From contig JBCCHT010000041.1 in assembly GCA_039028615.1 (NCBI GenBank), positions 32,001 through 96,000 on the forward strand: a DNA stretch of 64,000 bases, in the 5' to 3' direction. The position numbers and the translations under genes are program-made. How positions within the stretch are numbered: position 1 is the first letter of the stretch; each line of letters starts with the position of its first letter. Below are positions 19,964 to 28,916 of this stretch, one piece after another. The stretch comes from Myxococcota bacterium. Lineage in GTDB: Bacteria > Myxococcota_A > Polyangia > Nannocystales > Nannocystaceae. The notes under the pieces are model-generated. The model ran no database searches. It was given only the letters and a program-made list of their open reading frames with translations, and was not told the origin of the DNA.

Positions 19964-21328
19964 CTACGCGGGTGGCTCGGGCAGGTCGACGATGACGAGC
20001 TTGAGGAACTCGTCGCCGGCCGTCATCTCGTAGGGCGTCGCGGCGGGCACCCGCACGCAGACGCCGGGTCGCAAGTCCCGAGTGTCGTCGCCCTGCCGCA
20101 GGGTCCCCTGGCCGACGGTCACCACCCAGCAGCGGTCGCGGTCGTGCGAGCCGGCGAGGACCTGTCCCGGGCGAATCTCCACCGCGCCCACGTCGGCGCC
20201 CACCGAGGTCCCGAGGTGCTCCTGCCGGCCCCACGCGTGATGCCGGATGGGATGAGCCTCGGCTTCGACCCGCCCCTGCCCGCGCAGCGTCTCGACGATG
20301 CCCTTGACCTGCTGGCTTCGCTTGCGCGGGGCGACGAGGACGGAGTCGGCCGTCTCGACGACGACCATGTCCTGCAGACCGACGGCGGTCAGCAGGCGAT
20401 GGCGAGCGTGCAGCAGGGTGCCGCGGCAGTCGGTGGCGATGACGTCGCCTTCGCAGACGTTGTCGTCGGCGTCTTTGGTGCCGACCTCGTGCAGCGCCGC
20501 CCACGAGCCGACATCGCTCCAGCCCGCGTCCAGCGGCACCACGACCGCGCGCGAGGTCTTTTCCATGACGGCATAGTCGATCGAGTCGGACGGGCAGGCC
20601 TCGAAGGCATCGGCGTCGACGTCCACCACGACGCCACGACGGGTCGCGGCCTCGAAGGCCCGTTCGCAGGCCTCGCGCATCTTCGGCCGATGCTGCCGCA
20701 GCTCCTCGAGATAGGTCGCGGCCGAGAACAAGAACATGCCGCTGTTCCAGTAGTAGCCGCCGGAGTCGAGGTAGCGCTGCGCGGTGGCGGCATTGGGCTT
20801 CTCGACGAAGGACCGCACCCGGCTGGGCTGCCCCGGGGTGGCGGCCTTGATGTAGCCGTAGCCGGTGTGGGCGCTGCGGGGCACGACGCCGAAGGTCACC
20901 AGCTTGCCCGCCTCGGCCAGCGGGCGCCCCTCGTCCACGGCCGTACGAAAGGCGGGCTCGTCCAGCACGACGTGGTCCGCGGGCAGCACGAGCAGCAGCG
21001 GCGAAGGCTCGCCCGCGGGGGTGCTCGCCTGGGCGGCGAGGGCGGCCAGCGCGACGGCGGGCGCGGTGTTGCGCCCCATCGGCTCCACGAGGATCGCCGC
21101 GGCCGGGGCATCGATGTCGGCGAGCTGCTCCTGCACCAGCAGGCTCTGCTGTGCGTTGCAGGCCACGAGCGGGGACTCGAGTCCGCTGAGGCCCCGCAGG
21201 CGCTCGACCGTCTGTTGCAGCATGGTCGCGTCACCCACGAGCGGCAGCAGCTGCTTGGGGTGAAGACGACGCGAAACCGGCCATAGCCGTGTGCCCGACC
21301 CACCCGAGAGCACCACTGGGATCAGCAT
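19964..21328 (-). CDS. manC: Mannose-1-phosphate guanylyltransferase with degenerate C-terminal cupin
   Basis: SGGSGTRLWPVSR..PKQ, EPMGRNTAPA, FVEKP, YYWNSGMF, SIDYAVMEK, WSDVGSW. Confidence 0.9.
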   Translation of the reverse strand: MLIPVVLSGGSGTRLWPVSRRLHPKQLLPLVGDATMLQQTVERLRGLSGLESPLVACNAQQSLLVQEQLADIDAPAAAILVEPMGRNTAPAVALAALAAQASTPAGEPSPLLLVLPADHVVLDEPAFRTAVDEGRPLAEAGKLVTFGVVPRSAHTGYGYIKAATPGQPSRVRSFVEKPNAATAQRYLDSGGYYWNSGMFLFSAATYLEELRQHRPKMREACERAFEAATRRGVVVDVDADAFEACPSDSIDYAVMEKTSRAVVVPLDAGWSDVGSWAALHEVGTKDADDNVCEGDVIATDCRGTLLHARHRLLTAVGLQDMVVVETADSVLVAPRKRSQQVKGIVETLRGQGRVEAEAHPIRHHAWGRQEHLGTSVGADVGAVEIRPGQVLAGSHDRDRCWVVTVGQGTLRQGDDTRDLRPGVCVRVPAATPYEMTAGDEFLKLVIVDLPEPPA

Positions 21329-21478
21329 GGTCGCTCCGTAGCGGGTGGGTGGTGCACGTCGTGGTTCATGGTCGTGGTCAGCGCCGTTTTGCGCCCCGCA
21401 CCGTAGACCATCCCGCTCGGCTCGGACATCCCCGGCCGGGCTTGCGCGCGGGCCCGGCGACGGGCCAACGTCTCGGGG

Positions 21479-22249
21479 GTGAGCGCCGTCCAGATCGACC
21501 GCACGCCCCCGGTGACGACCGTCGTCCTGTCTCGCCCCGAGGTACGCAATGCAGTGGATGGTCCGACCGCTCAGGCGCTCGCGGATGCGTTTCGCGAGTT
21601 CGATGCCGACGAGCATGCTCACGCGGCGGTGCTGTGGGGCAATCACGGCTATTTCTGTGCCGGCGCCGATCTACAAGCGATCAGCCGCGGCACGCCCAAC
21701 CGGCTCGCCCCCGACGGCGACGGTCCCATGGGTCCCTCGCGCATGCGACTGAGCAAACCGGTGGTGGCGGCGATCTCCGGACACGCCGTCGCGGGTGGCC
21801 TCGAGCTCGCGTTGTGGTGCGACCTGCGGGTGATGGAGGAAGACGCGGTGCTCGGCGTGTTCTGTCGCCGCTTCGGCGTGCCGCTCATCGACGGCGGCAC
21901 GGTGAGGCTTCCGCAGGTCGTTGGGCTCGGGCGTGCGCTCGATCTGATCCTCACCGGGCGACCGGTGCACGCCGCCGAAGCGCTCGCGATGGGCCTGGTG
22001 AATCGGGTCGTCCCCAAGGGCCAGGCGCGCGAGGCCGCCGAGGCGCTCGCGAAGCAGATCAGCGGCTTTCCTCAGACCTGTGTACGCAGCGATCGGGCCG
22101 CGGTCTACGACGGGCTCGGGCTCCCGCTCGATGAGGCGTTGCGGGTGGAGTTCCAGCACGGTCAACGAGCGCTCACCGACCCCGATCTCATCGCCGGAGC
22201 GACGCGGTTTTCCCAGGGAGCCGGACGCGGCGGCTCCTTCGACGACTAA
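21479..22249 (+). CDS. Enoyl-CoA hydratase/isomerase (crotonase) family protein
   Basis: RNAVDG, FCAGADL, KPVVAAISGHAVAGGLELALWCDLR, GVPLIDGGT. Confidence 0.9.
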   Translation: MSAVQIDRTPPVTTVVLSRPEVRNAVDGPTAQALADAFREFDADEHAHAAVLWGNHGYFCAGADLQAISRGTPNRLAPDGDGPMGPSRMRLSKPVVAAISGHAVAGGLELALWCDLRVMEEDAVLGVFCRRFGVPLIDGGTVRLPQVVGLGRALDLILTGRPVHAAEALAMGLVNRVVPKGQAREAAEALAKQISGFPQTCVRSDRAAVYDGLGLPLDEALRVEFQHGQRALTDPDLIAGATRFSQGAGRGGSFDD

Positions 22250-22399
22250 CGGCTCATCTCGGAAACCCTCGTGGGGTGAGAACGTGGTCAGCGTCGGGGG
22301 CTGCAGGACGGTCGTGCGACCACGAGCGTGACCCGCCCGGACTCGTTTCGCTCCAAGCGTAACCCGCCGGCCCCCGGTGCCGATCCAGCTGCGACCCTC

Positions 22400-23491
22400 A
22401 TGGCTCTCATCGACCAGTCCTTCTCCCTTCGCTGCGGGCTCGAGGTGCCTCAACGCATCGCGATGGCCCCGCTGACCAACATCCAGAGCGAACCGGATGG
22501 CACCCTCGGGGAGCAAGAGCTGCGGTGGCTCGTGCGACGGGCTCGGGATGGCTTTCGCTGGATCAGCACCTGCGCCGCGTTCGTCAGCGAGGAGGGCCAT
22601 GCATGGCGAGGGCAGCTCGGAATCTCCAATGACGCTCAGCTACCGGGGCTCCGCCGGCTCGCCTCCGCGCTGCGGGGCCACGGCGCGGCGGCGGTCGTGC
22701 AGCTGCACCACGGAGGTGCCAAGGCGGACCTCGCTCCCGACCGTCGACTGAGCACTGCGGACGGAGGCCCCCAAGACAGCCGCGGCGCCTCCGAGGCCGA
22801 CATCCACCGCGTCATCGAGGACTTCGTGGCCGCCGCCCAGCGTGCCGAGCACGCCGGGTTCGCGGGCGTGGAGATCCATGGCGCCAACGGCTACCTGTTC
22901 ACGCAGTTCCTCGCCCCCGAGGACAACCCCCGCACCGATGCCTACGGCGGTGACCTGCCGGGGCGGGCGCGCTTCCTTCGGGAGACGCTCCGGGCCGTCC
23001 GAACCAGCGTCAGCCCGGGCTTCGCGGTGGGCGTCCGCATCTCACCCGTCGACGTGTGGAGCCGGCGGGGGCTCGTCCTCGCCGATGGTGTGCAGGTGGG
23101 CCAGTGGCTCGCCGACGACGGAGCGGACTTCGTGCACCTGTCGCTCATGGACGCCGGCGGTCCCGCCCCCCACGAGCCTGATGCCGGTCTCGTCGCTCGT
23201 GCGTTCCGCGACGCGCTGCCCGGCGACGTGCCGATCTTCGCCGCTGGCGGCATCTGGACCCGCGAGGACGCGCAGCGGGCCACCGAGGCCGGCGTCGACG
23301 TCGTCGTGCTGGGTCGAGCCGCGATTGCCCACCCCGACTGGCCGAGCGCCTCGGCCGACGCCAACTTCCAACCCGCGCGCCCCGTGTGGTCACGGAAGCA
23401 CATGCAAGAGGTCGACGTCGGTGACCGCTTGCTCGAGTACCTGGGCGGCTTCCCGGGCATGCTCGAAGGTGGAGCGCCCCCCCGGGGCTAG
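22400..23491 (+). CDS. NADH:flavin oxidoreductase (old yellow enzyme family)
   Basis: RIAMAPLT, VQLHHGG, GFAGVEIHGANGYLFTQFL, NPRTDAYGG. Confidence 0.9.
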   Translation: MALIDQSFSLRCGLEVPQRIAMAPLTNIQSEPDGTLGEQELRWLVRRARDGFRWISTCAAFVSEEGHAWRGQLGISNDAQLPGLRRLASALRGHGAAAVVQLHHGGAKADLAPDRRLSTADGGPQDSRGASEADIHRVIEDFVAAAQRAEHAGFAGVEIHGANGYLFTQFLAPEDNPRTDAYGGDLPGRARFLRETLRAVRTSVSPGFAVGVRISPVDVWSRRGLVLADGVQVGQWLADDGADFVHLSLMDAGGPAPHEPDAGLVARAFRDALPGDVPIFAAGGIWTREDAQRATEAGVDVVVLGRAAIAHPDWPSASADANFQPARPVWSRKHMQEVDVGDRLLEYLGGFPGMLEGGAPPRG

Positions 23492-23528
23492 CGGTCCGCC
23501 GCCGCCCGGCCCACGATTGCGAACAGGG

Positions 23529-23813
23529 CTACGGTCCGATCAACGCCTGGGTCGACAACACGGAACCGGTCTCGGGATCGAGCACCGCCACCACCAGGTG
23601 CGTCTTCACTCGGCGTTCGGTGAGCAGCACGATGAGCCCCTCGGGCCCGACGAACGCCTCGTGGGGCTCGGGCAGCGTGCCCTCGAATTCGTGCTCGGCC
23701 GGTCGCATCGCGTTCACGGGGGTCGTCCATCGACGACCACTGCTGCGGGTCGAGCGGGTGATTCCAACCCGTTGCGCGACCGCGTCGATGGCTGAGGTGC
23801 CCACGACAGCCAC
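23529..23813 (-). CDS. Short hypothetical protein or gene remnant
   Basis: Fills the gap between the OYE and TetR genes. The 3' half has coding-like codon bias; the start is unclear and a frameshift near 23850 is possible. Confidence 0.3.
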   Translation of the reverse strand: MAVVGTSAIDAVAQRVGITRSTRSSGRRWTTPVNAMRPAEHEFEGTLPEPHEAFVGPEGLIVLLTERRVKTHLVVAVLDPETGSVLSTQALIGP

Positions 23814-23928
23814 CGCGCCCGCCCGTACGAGCGCGCCTACGAAATACGCGGTGTACCTCGAGAGTGGGCAACGCGGCCGCCGTCGGCGGGGACCACGTCA
23901 TCTCCTCGCGATGGTCTCGAGATGAGCG

Positions 23929-24615
23929 TCAGGCCTGGCCGCGCTTGGGTTTGCGACCACGGTCCTGCAGCGCGATCAGGCGACGGAACAAGCCCGGTCG
24001 GTGCAGGACCGAGGCGCCTCCCAACAAGGTGAGGGTAGCCGAGTACAGCGCCTCGTCTTCGAAGCCCGGTCCGTTGGTCCGTCGACGGGCCCACGACTCC
24101 AGCGCGACGAAGAAGCCATCGTGGAGTCGACGACCGAGGCGCACGGGATCGATCTCGAGCTCCAACGCGCCCTCGGCCCGCGCTCGCTCGAGCAACGGCA
24201 GGGCCATCTGCTCCGCCCGCAGCATCGCGGGCAGCGATGAAGCGCCGACCTGCCCGCGATGCTCGTGCACGGCCAACGCGAGCGCACGAAACGAGGGCGC
24301 GTCTTGCCGGGCGAGTCGCACCGCGGTTCGGGTCCTCTCGAGGATCGCCTCCAGGGGGTCGGCCGCGTCGACGAGGTGCGCGGTGGCGGTCGCGAGCCGA
24401 CCGAGCCCGTGGTCGACCAGCGCCCCGAGCACCGCGTCGCGATCGCCGATGAGGTTGTAGATGGTGTTGACGCTCAGCCCCGCCTCGTCGGCGAGCTTTC
24501 GCATCGACAGCGCCGCGGCGCCTCCGTTCGCGACCAGCGTGCGCGCCCCGGCCATGATCCGCGCCCGTCGATCCGCCTGGCTGCGCTGAAGCTGCGTCGT
24601 GCCGTCGCTGGCCAT
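23929..24615 (-). CDS. TetR/AcrR family transcriptional regulator
   Basis: RARIMAGARTLVANGG...LSMRKLADEAGLSVNTIYNLIGDR HTH. Confidence 0.9.
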   Translation of the reverse strand: MASDGTTQLQRSQADRRARIMAGARTLVANGGAAALSMRKLADEAGLSVNTIYNLIGDRDAVLGALVDHGLGRLATATAHLVDAADPLEAILERTRTAVRLARQDAPSFRALALAVHEHRGQVGASSLPAMLRAEQMALPLLERARAEGALELEIDPVRLGRRLHDGFFVALESWARRRTNGPGFEDEALYSATLTLLGGASVLHRPGLFRRLIALQDRGRKPKRGQA

Positions 24616-24641
24616 GAGCTGACACAGCGTGTCAGTTCATG
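24613..24641. promoter_or_regulatory. Palindromic operator overlapping the TetR start codon
   Basis: CATGAGCTGACAC-AGC-GTGTCAGTTCATG, 13-bp arms with one mismatch. Confidence 0.7.
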
Positions 24642-24666
24642 TGCCGAAGTCCAGCCCAATCCCGAT

Positions 24667-25239
24667 TCAGGGCTCGTTGGGGGCTTCGTCGGCCGCGGGC
24701 ACGCGCTCCAGCGCGCCCGGCAACGCCGGCAGCTCGACCACTTCGCCCTCGAACGCCTGGTCGAGATCGACGAAGCGCATCAGGTTGGTCCCCTGCCCGA
24801 TCGCGGGCCACGAGGGCAAGGGCGCCCGGGCCTGGCCCTGTTCGTCGAGCATGTGGCTGCGGTCGGTACACAGCGTGGCTCGGTAGCGCGCGGCGGAGAT
24901 CACTCGGCACCGAGCGGTGAACGGCGCCTCGAAGCCCGCGGGAAACGCCAAACTCTGCCGCAGGTAGATCGACATCGGCACGGGCATGCCGAGGGTGGAG
25001 TCGACGTCCCAGATCATCCACCCCGTCGGGCCGCGTGCGGCCATTACCACATGGTAATCCCAGACTACGGGCTGCTGAGGGGCAGGTGCGGCGCGTTGGT
25101 GCATCACCGCCACCGTGCGCGACGAGTTGGAGATGAAGATCGCGGCCCGCGGCTGCCCCTGCACCAACGGGTCCGCACACATCTGCCAGACGTTCTCCTC
25201 GCAGTAATAGGGCGCGGGCGTGAAGGATGGAGTGGTCAT
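24667..25239 (-). CDS. Protein N-terminal glutamine amidohydrolase (NTAQ1/WDYHV family) homologue
   Basis: YYCEENVW, AIFISN, VVWDYHVV, IWDVDSTL and DRSHM motifs in family order; Cys-His-Asp triad present. Confidence 0.88.
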   Translation of the reverse strand: MTTPSFTPAPYYCEENVWQMCADPLVQGQPRAAIFISNSSRTVAVMHQRAAPAPQQPVVWDYHVVMAARGPTGWMIWDVDSTLGMPVPMSIYLRQSLAFPAGFEAPFTARCRVISAARYRATLCTDRSHMLDEQGQARAPLPSWPAIGQGTNLMRFVDLDQAFEGEVVELPALPGALERVPAADEAPNEP

Positions 25240-25379
25240 CGGAAAGCCGGGGATTCGGAGAGCGAATCGTACCGCACAACTCGCCGCAACCATCACGGGC
25301 ACGACCACGGGTGGCCCTGCGTGGAGTCGAACTGCGATACCGTTACGACTGGCGTAGTGGCCCAACGGGAGTCTCGACC

Positions 25380-26318
25380 ATGCCACACCAGCTGTGGGCA
25401 ACGTTCAGTGTCAAAGACCATTGTCGGCGGGGTTCGTTCATCGCGGAGGTCCTGCTCTACGACAAGTTGATCATCCCGGTCGTCCCGAAGGCCGAGGATG
25501 GCCTGCCCGAGGAAGAGGCCACCAAGGAATGGCAGCGGTGGACGGACAACGGGTGGGACCCCGAGCGACAGGACCGAGTCGTGGCGATCCTGGGAGACCT
25601 CGCCCGCCCGGTTCCCTGGATCCGAGAGCGCCAGGACGAATGGCAGCAAGAGAAAGTGCAGCAAGTGGCCGCCGATGCGCGCCGCGATGGCTATTTCATG
25701 ACCGGGACCGTGCTGGAGCGCTTCGCCCCAGCCATGGCCGAGACGGTGGTCGCGGTGTCGCACTACGACGACGTCGAAGCGCTGAAGCGAGGGCAGCACA
25801 TCCGCCGCACGACGCCCGAAGACAAGCTGCCTGGTAGCACCGTACTCGCCGTCCTCGGCCGTGAGTTGCTGGTGCCCGATCACGTGGGCAAAGACGACTT
25901 CGGCGCGCTGGAGGACGCGGTCGAGGTCGCTCGCACCACCGACTATCGCCAGCGTCGACGGTTGCTCTACGAATGGCAGAGGGACTTCATCAAAGACGGA
26001 GACTTCACCGACGCGACCGCGGTCATCGAAGCCGTCGAACACATGAAGACGCTCGTCGCCGACCTGGAGGAAGCCACTCGGCGCGCCAAACGATGGACCA
26101 CGATCAAGAAGATCTTCTCGTTCTTCAAGCTCGGCACGAAGGTCGCCTCGGTGACCGCGCCCGCCCTGGCTCCGATCACCAAGGGCGCAGAAGTGGTGGT
26201 GGACATCGGCACCTTCGCCGCGAACGCAATGGACAACGACCCGGTGCCGAGCGACGAGGGGCTGCCAGCCGCGACCTTGCTGCTCGATGCACGGCAACGG
26301 CTGGAGATCGAACAATGA
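25380..26318 (+). CDS. Hypothetical protein
   Basis: 312-aa ORF with SD-like GGGAG, somewhat more A-rich codons than its neighbours; stop overlaps the next start (ATGA). Confidence 0.7.
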   Translation: MPHQLWATFSVKDHCRRGSFIAEVLLYDKLIIPVVPKAEDGLPEEEATKEWQRWTDNGWDPERQDRVVAILGDLARPVPWIRERQDEWQQEKVQQVAADARRDGYFMTGTVLERFAPAMAETVVAVSHYDDVEALKRGQHIRRTTPEDKLPGSTVLAVLGRELLVPDHVGKDDFGALEDAVEVARTTDYRQRRRLLYEWQRDFIKDGDFTDATAVIEAVEHMKTLVADLEEATRRAKRWTTIKKIFSFFKLGTKVASVTAPALAPITKGAEVVVDIGTFAANAMDNDPVPSDEGLPAATLLLDARQRLEIEQ

Positions 26319-28312
26319 GCGAGCGCGAGACCGTCGTGACCCTGTCCTGTCGAACCATGGCCGCGTGCCTCCCCTGCGTCGTGCTCGGGTGCGCACAACC
26401 GGAGCTCGACCCCGAGGTGGGACCAGCCCCGCAGGTGCAGCCCGATCTGCCCGAGGACCTGTGCGTGACCCCGCTGTCCGCCGACGAGCCCTACTGCAAC
26501 TCGAGCCTGGCCGATGGGCCCTGGGCCATGTCGCATCGCACGAGCTACGCCCAGGGCTCGTCGCCGCTGCCCGCCCCTGCCGCCGACGCAGTGAGCACGG
26601 CCGCCCGCCAGCAGGTGCCGGGCATCCCCGTGGTCTTGGCCACCACCGCGCCCTACGAGGACGGCGGTCGGGCGATCTGGGCCGCGGTGCAGGGCTTCGA
26701 CAACGCCATCGCCAAGCTGGATCACGAACGCTTCGAGATGGTCGACATCTACGTGCCGGCCGAGCGCGAGGACGACCCGCCCATGATCCCGCTGGGACTG
26801 ACGGGGGCCTACTCCCTCGTGGATGCGCAGGGGCGCTTCGTGGTGGCGCGTGCCCGGCTGCTGTCGCGCTACGGCGACGAAGTCCCGGGCCAGCGCGACT
26901 CGGCCATCGCCCTGCAAGACCGCACCACCCTGCCCGACGCGTGGTTCTGCACGGCCGACGATCTGGTGGCGGGCATCGGCCTCGCCTACGACGGCGCCCT
27001 CATCCTCGTCACCGAGCAGGGCCAGGTCATCGCGGTCGACGAAGGCCCCGAAGGCCTCGACCAAGCGGGAGCTCGCATCGCCTCGATCAACGGCCCGCGC
27101 TGCACCGACGGCACGCCCGCCGAAGAGCTCGAGGTCGTCTCCAACAACGTGGCCATCGACGAGTCGGGCGGGATCTTCGTGGTCTCGAGTACCTCGATGC
27201 ATCGCTTCGACCACCGCGACGGGACCCTGCAGCCGCGCTGGTCCGCGCCCTACGAAGGGGAAGGCAACCTCAGCCCGATTCGGCTCGGGCCGGGCTCGGG
27301 CTCGACCCCCAGCCTGATGGGTACACGCGCCGACGAGGACCGCTTCATCATCCTCACCGATGGCCAGCAGCTGATGCACCTGGTGTTCATGTGGGCGGAC
27401 GACATCCCCGAAGGGTGGACCCCCATCGCCGAGGGCAAGGACCCGCGCATCGCCTGCGAGGTGCCCATTCGCTTCGGCGACGCTTCGGCCACCGACTCGA
27501 TTTCCGAGCAATCGGTGCTGGTCCGAGGCCACGCCGCGGTGGTGGTCAACAACCTGGTCACGGACCCCACGCTGCTGGACGGAATCGCGGCGATTCAGAA
27601 CGTGGTGACCGCCCTGGAGAGCGGCGTCCCGGACAAGCAACCCTTCGGCATCCAGCGCGTCGACTGGGATCCCGAGGCCCGCGATTGCGTGGTGACCTGG
27701 GAAAATCCCGACATCAGCATCCCCAACGGCATCCCCACCATGAGCACCGCGACGGGGCTGTTTTATGGCATCGGCAAGCGCGACGGCGCGTGGGGCCTGG
27801 AGGCGGTGGACTTCGAGACGGGGCAGTCGCGAGGTTTTTCGCCCACCACCACGCAGTGTCCCGAGGACTACGCCGCGTTCGGTCCCGCCGCCGCGATCCC
27901 GGAGGTCGTGGCCGCGCTGCAGGCCGAGCCGCAGTACTGCGAGAACTCGCTGTACGCCGCGACCACGGTGGGCCCCGACGGCATGATCTACACGGGCACG
28001 CTGGGCGGCATCACCCGCTATGTGCCCGACACGGTCGGCGAAGCGAGCGTGGAGAGCCAGGTCGCCGGGGCCTTGGCTCAAGCCGACGACCTCATCGGGC
28101 GCGCGCAGCAGGGGGCCGATTCACAGCTCTTCGACGCGACCGAGGCCATGCAGCGCGCGCTGCTCCAGGTGCGCGAGCTCGGAGCCCTGGAGCTCGACGA
28201 AGACACCGAGGCCACCCGAGCGGAGGTCGAGGACGCCCTGGTCGTGGCCCTGCTCACCGAAGACGAGGCCGAGCGCGAGCAGGCCCTCGCCCGCGCCCGC
28301 GAAGTGCTATGA
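26315..28312 (+). CDS. Hypothetical secreted lipoprotein, probable beta-propeller with helical C-terminal tail
   Basis: CVVLGC lipobox-like; beta-rich repeats (SNNVAIDESGGIFVV, GSGSTPSLMG, TTVGPDGMIYTG). Confidence 0.7.
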   Translation: MSERETVVTLSCRTMAACLPCVVLGCAQPELDPEVGPAPQVQPDLPEDLCVTPLSADEPYCNSSLADGPWAMSHRTSYAQGSSPLPAPAADAVSTAARQQVPGIPVVLATTAPYEDGGRAIWAAVQGFDNAIAKLDHERFEMVDIYVPAEREDDPPMIPLGLTGAYSLVDAQGRFVVARARLLSRYGDEVPGQRDSAIALQDRTTLPDAWFCTADDLVAGIGLAYDGALILVTEQGQVIAVDEGPEGLDQAGARIASINGPRCTDGTPAEELEVVSNNVAIDESGGIFVVSSTSMHRFDHRDGTLQPRWSAPYEGEGNLSPIRLGPGSGSTPSLMGTRADEDRFIILTDGQQLMHLVFMWADDIPEGWTPIAEGKDPRIACEVPIRFGDASATDSISEQSVLVRGHAAVVVNNLVTDPTLLDGIAAIQNVVTALESGVPDKQPFGIQRVDWDPEARDCVVTWENPDISIPNGIPTMSTATGLFYGIGKRDGAWGLEAVDFETGQSRGFSPTTTQCPEDYAAFGPAAAIPEVVAALQAEPQYCENSLYAATTVGPDGMIYTGTLGGITRYVPDTVGEASVESQVAGALAQADDLIGRAQQGADSQLFDATEAMQRALLQVRELGALELDEDTEATRAEVEDALVVALLTEDEAEREQALARAREVL

Positions 28313-28322
28313 CCCCGATCGC

Positions 28323-28892
28323 ATGGCACTGACCGGCGACCGTCTCCCCGAGGTTCGTGCGCAGCGCGTCGCCCTGCGCTGGCTCACCGCCGCGGACACC
28401 GACGACATCTTTCGCATCTACTCCGATCCCGAGGTGATGGCGTACTGGAGCACGGTCCCCATGAAAGAGCGGGCTCAGGCAGGGGAGCTCATCGCCAGCG
28501 TGCACCGCCTGTACGCGGAGCACAGCCTGTACGAGTGGGGCGTGGTCCGGCTCGAGGACGAGCGGACCATCGGCACGCTGACGCTCGCGTCCATCGACAC
28601 CAGCAACAAGCGCACGGAGATCGGCTTCGCCCTCGCGCGCGATGCCTGGGGCCAGGGCTTCATGCGCGAGGCAGTCACGGCGGGCATCGACTTCGCCTTC
28701 GACACGCTGGGCCTGCAGCGCATCGAAGCGGACGTCGACCCGGACAACGCCGCCTCGCTGCGCCTGCTCGACACGCTCGGCTTCGTGCGCGAGGGGCTGC
28801 TCCGCGAGCGCTGGCGCGTGGGCGGCGGAGTGCAGGACTCGGTGATGCTCGGCCTGCTCCGCCGCGAGTGGACTGCCCGCGACCGAGGGTGA
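28323..28892 (+). CDS. GNAT N-acetyltransferase, RimJ/RimL family
   Basis: EIGFALARDAWGQGFMREA, DPDNAASLRLLDTLGFVREGLLR. Confidence 0.9.
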   Translation: MALTGDRLPEVRAQRVALRWLTAADTDDIFRIYSDPEVMAYWSTVPMKERAQAGELIASVHRLYAEHSLYEWGVVRLEDERTIGTLTLASIDTSNKRTEIGFALARDAWGQGFMREAVTAGIDFAFDTLGLQRIEADVDPDNAASLRLLDTLGFVREGLLRERWRVGGGVQDSVMLGLLRREWTARDRG

Positions 28893-28916
28893 TGCCGACC
28901 GGCGCGACGGGGCGCC

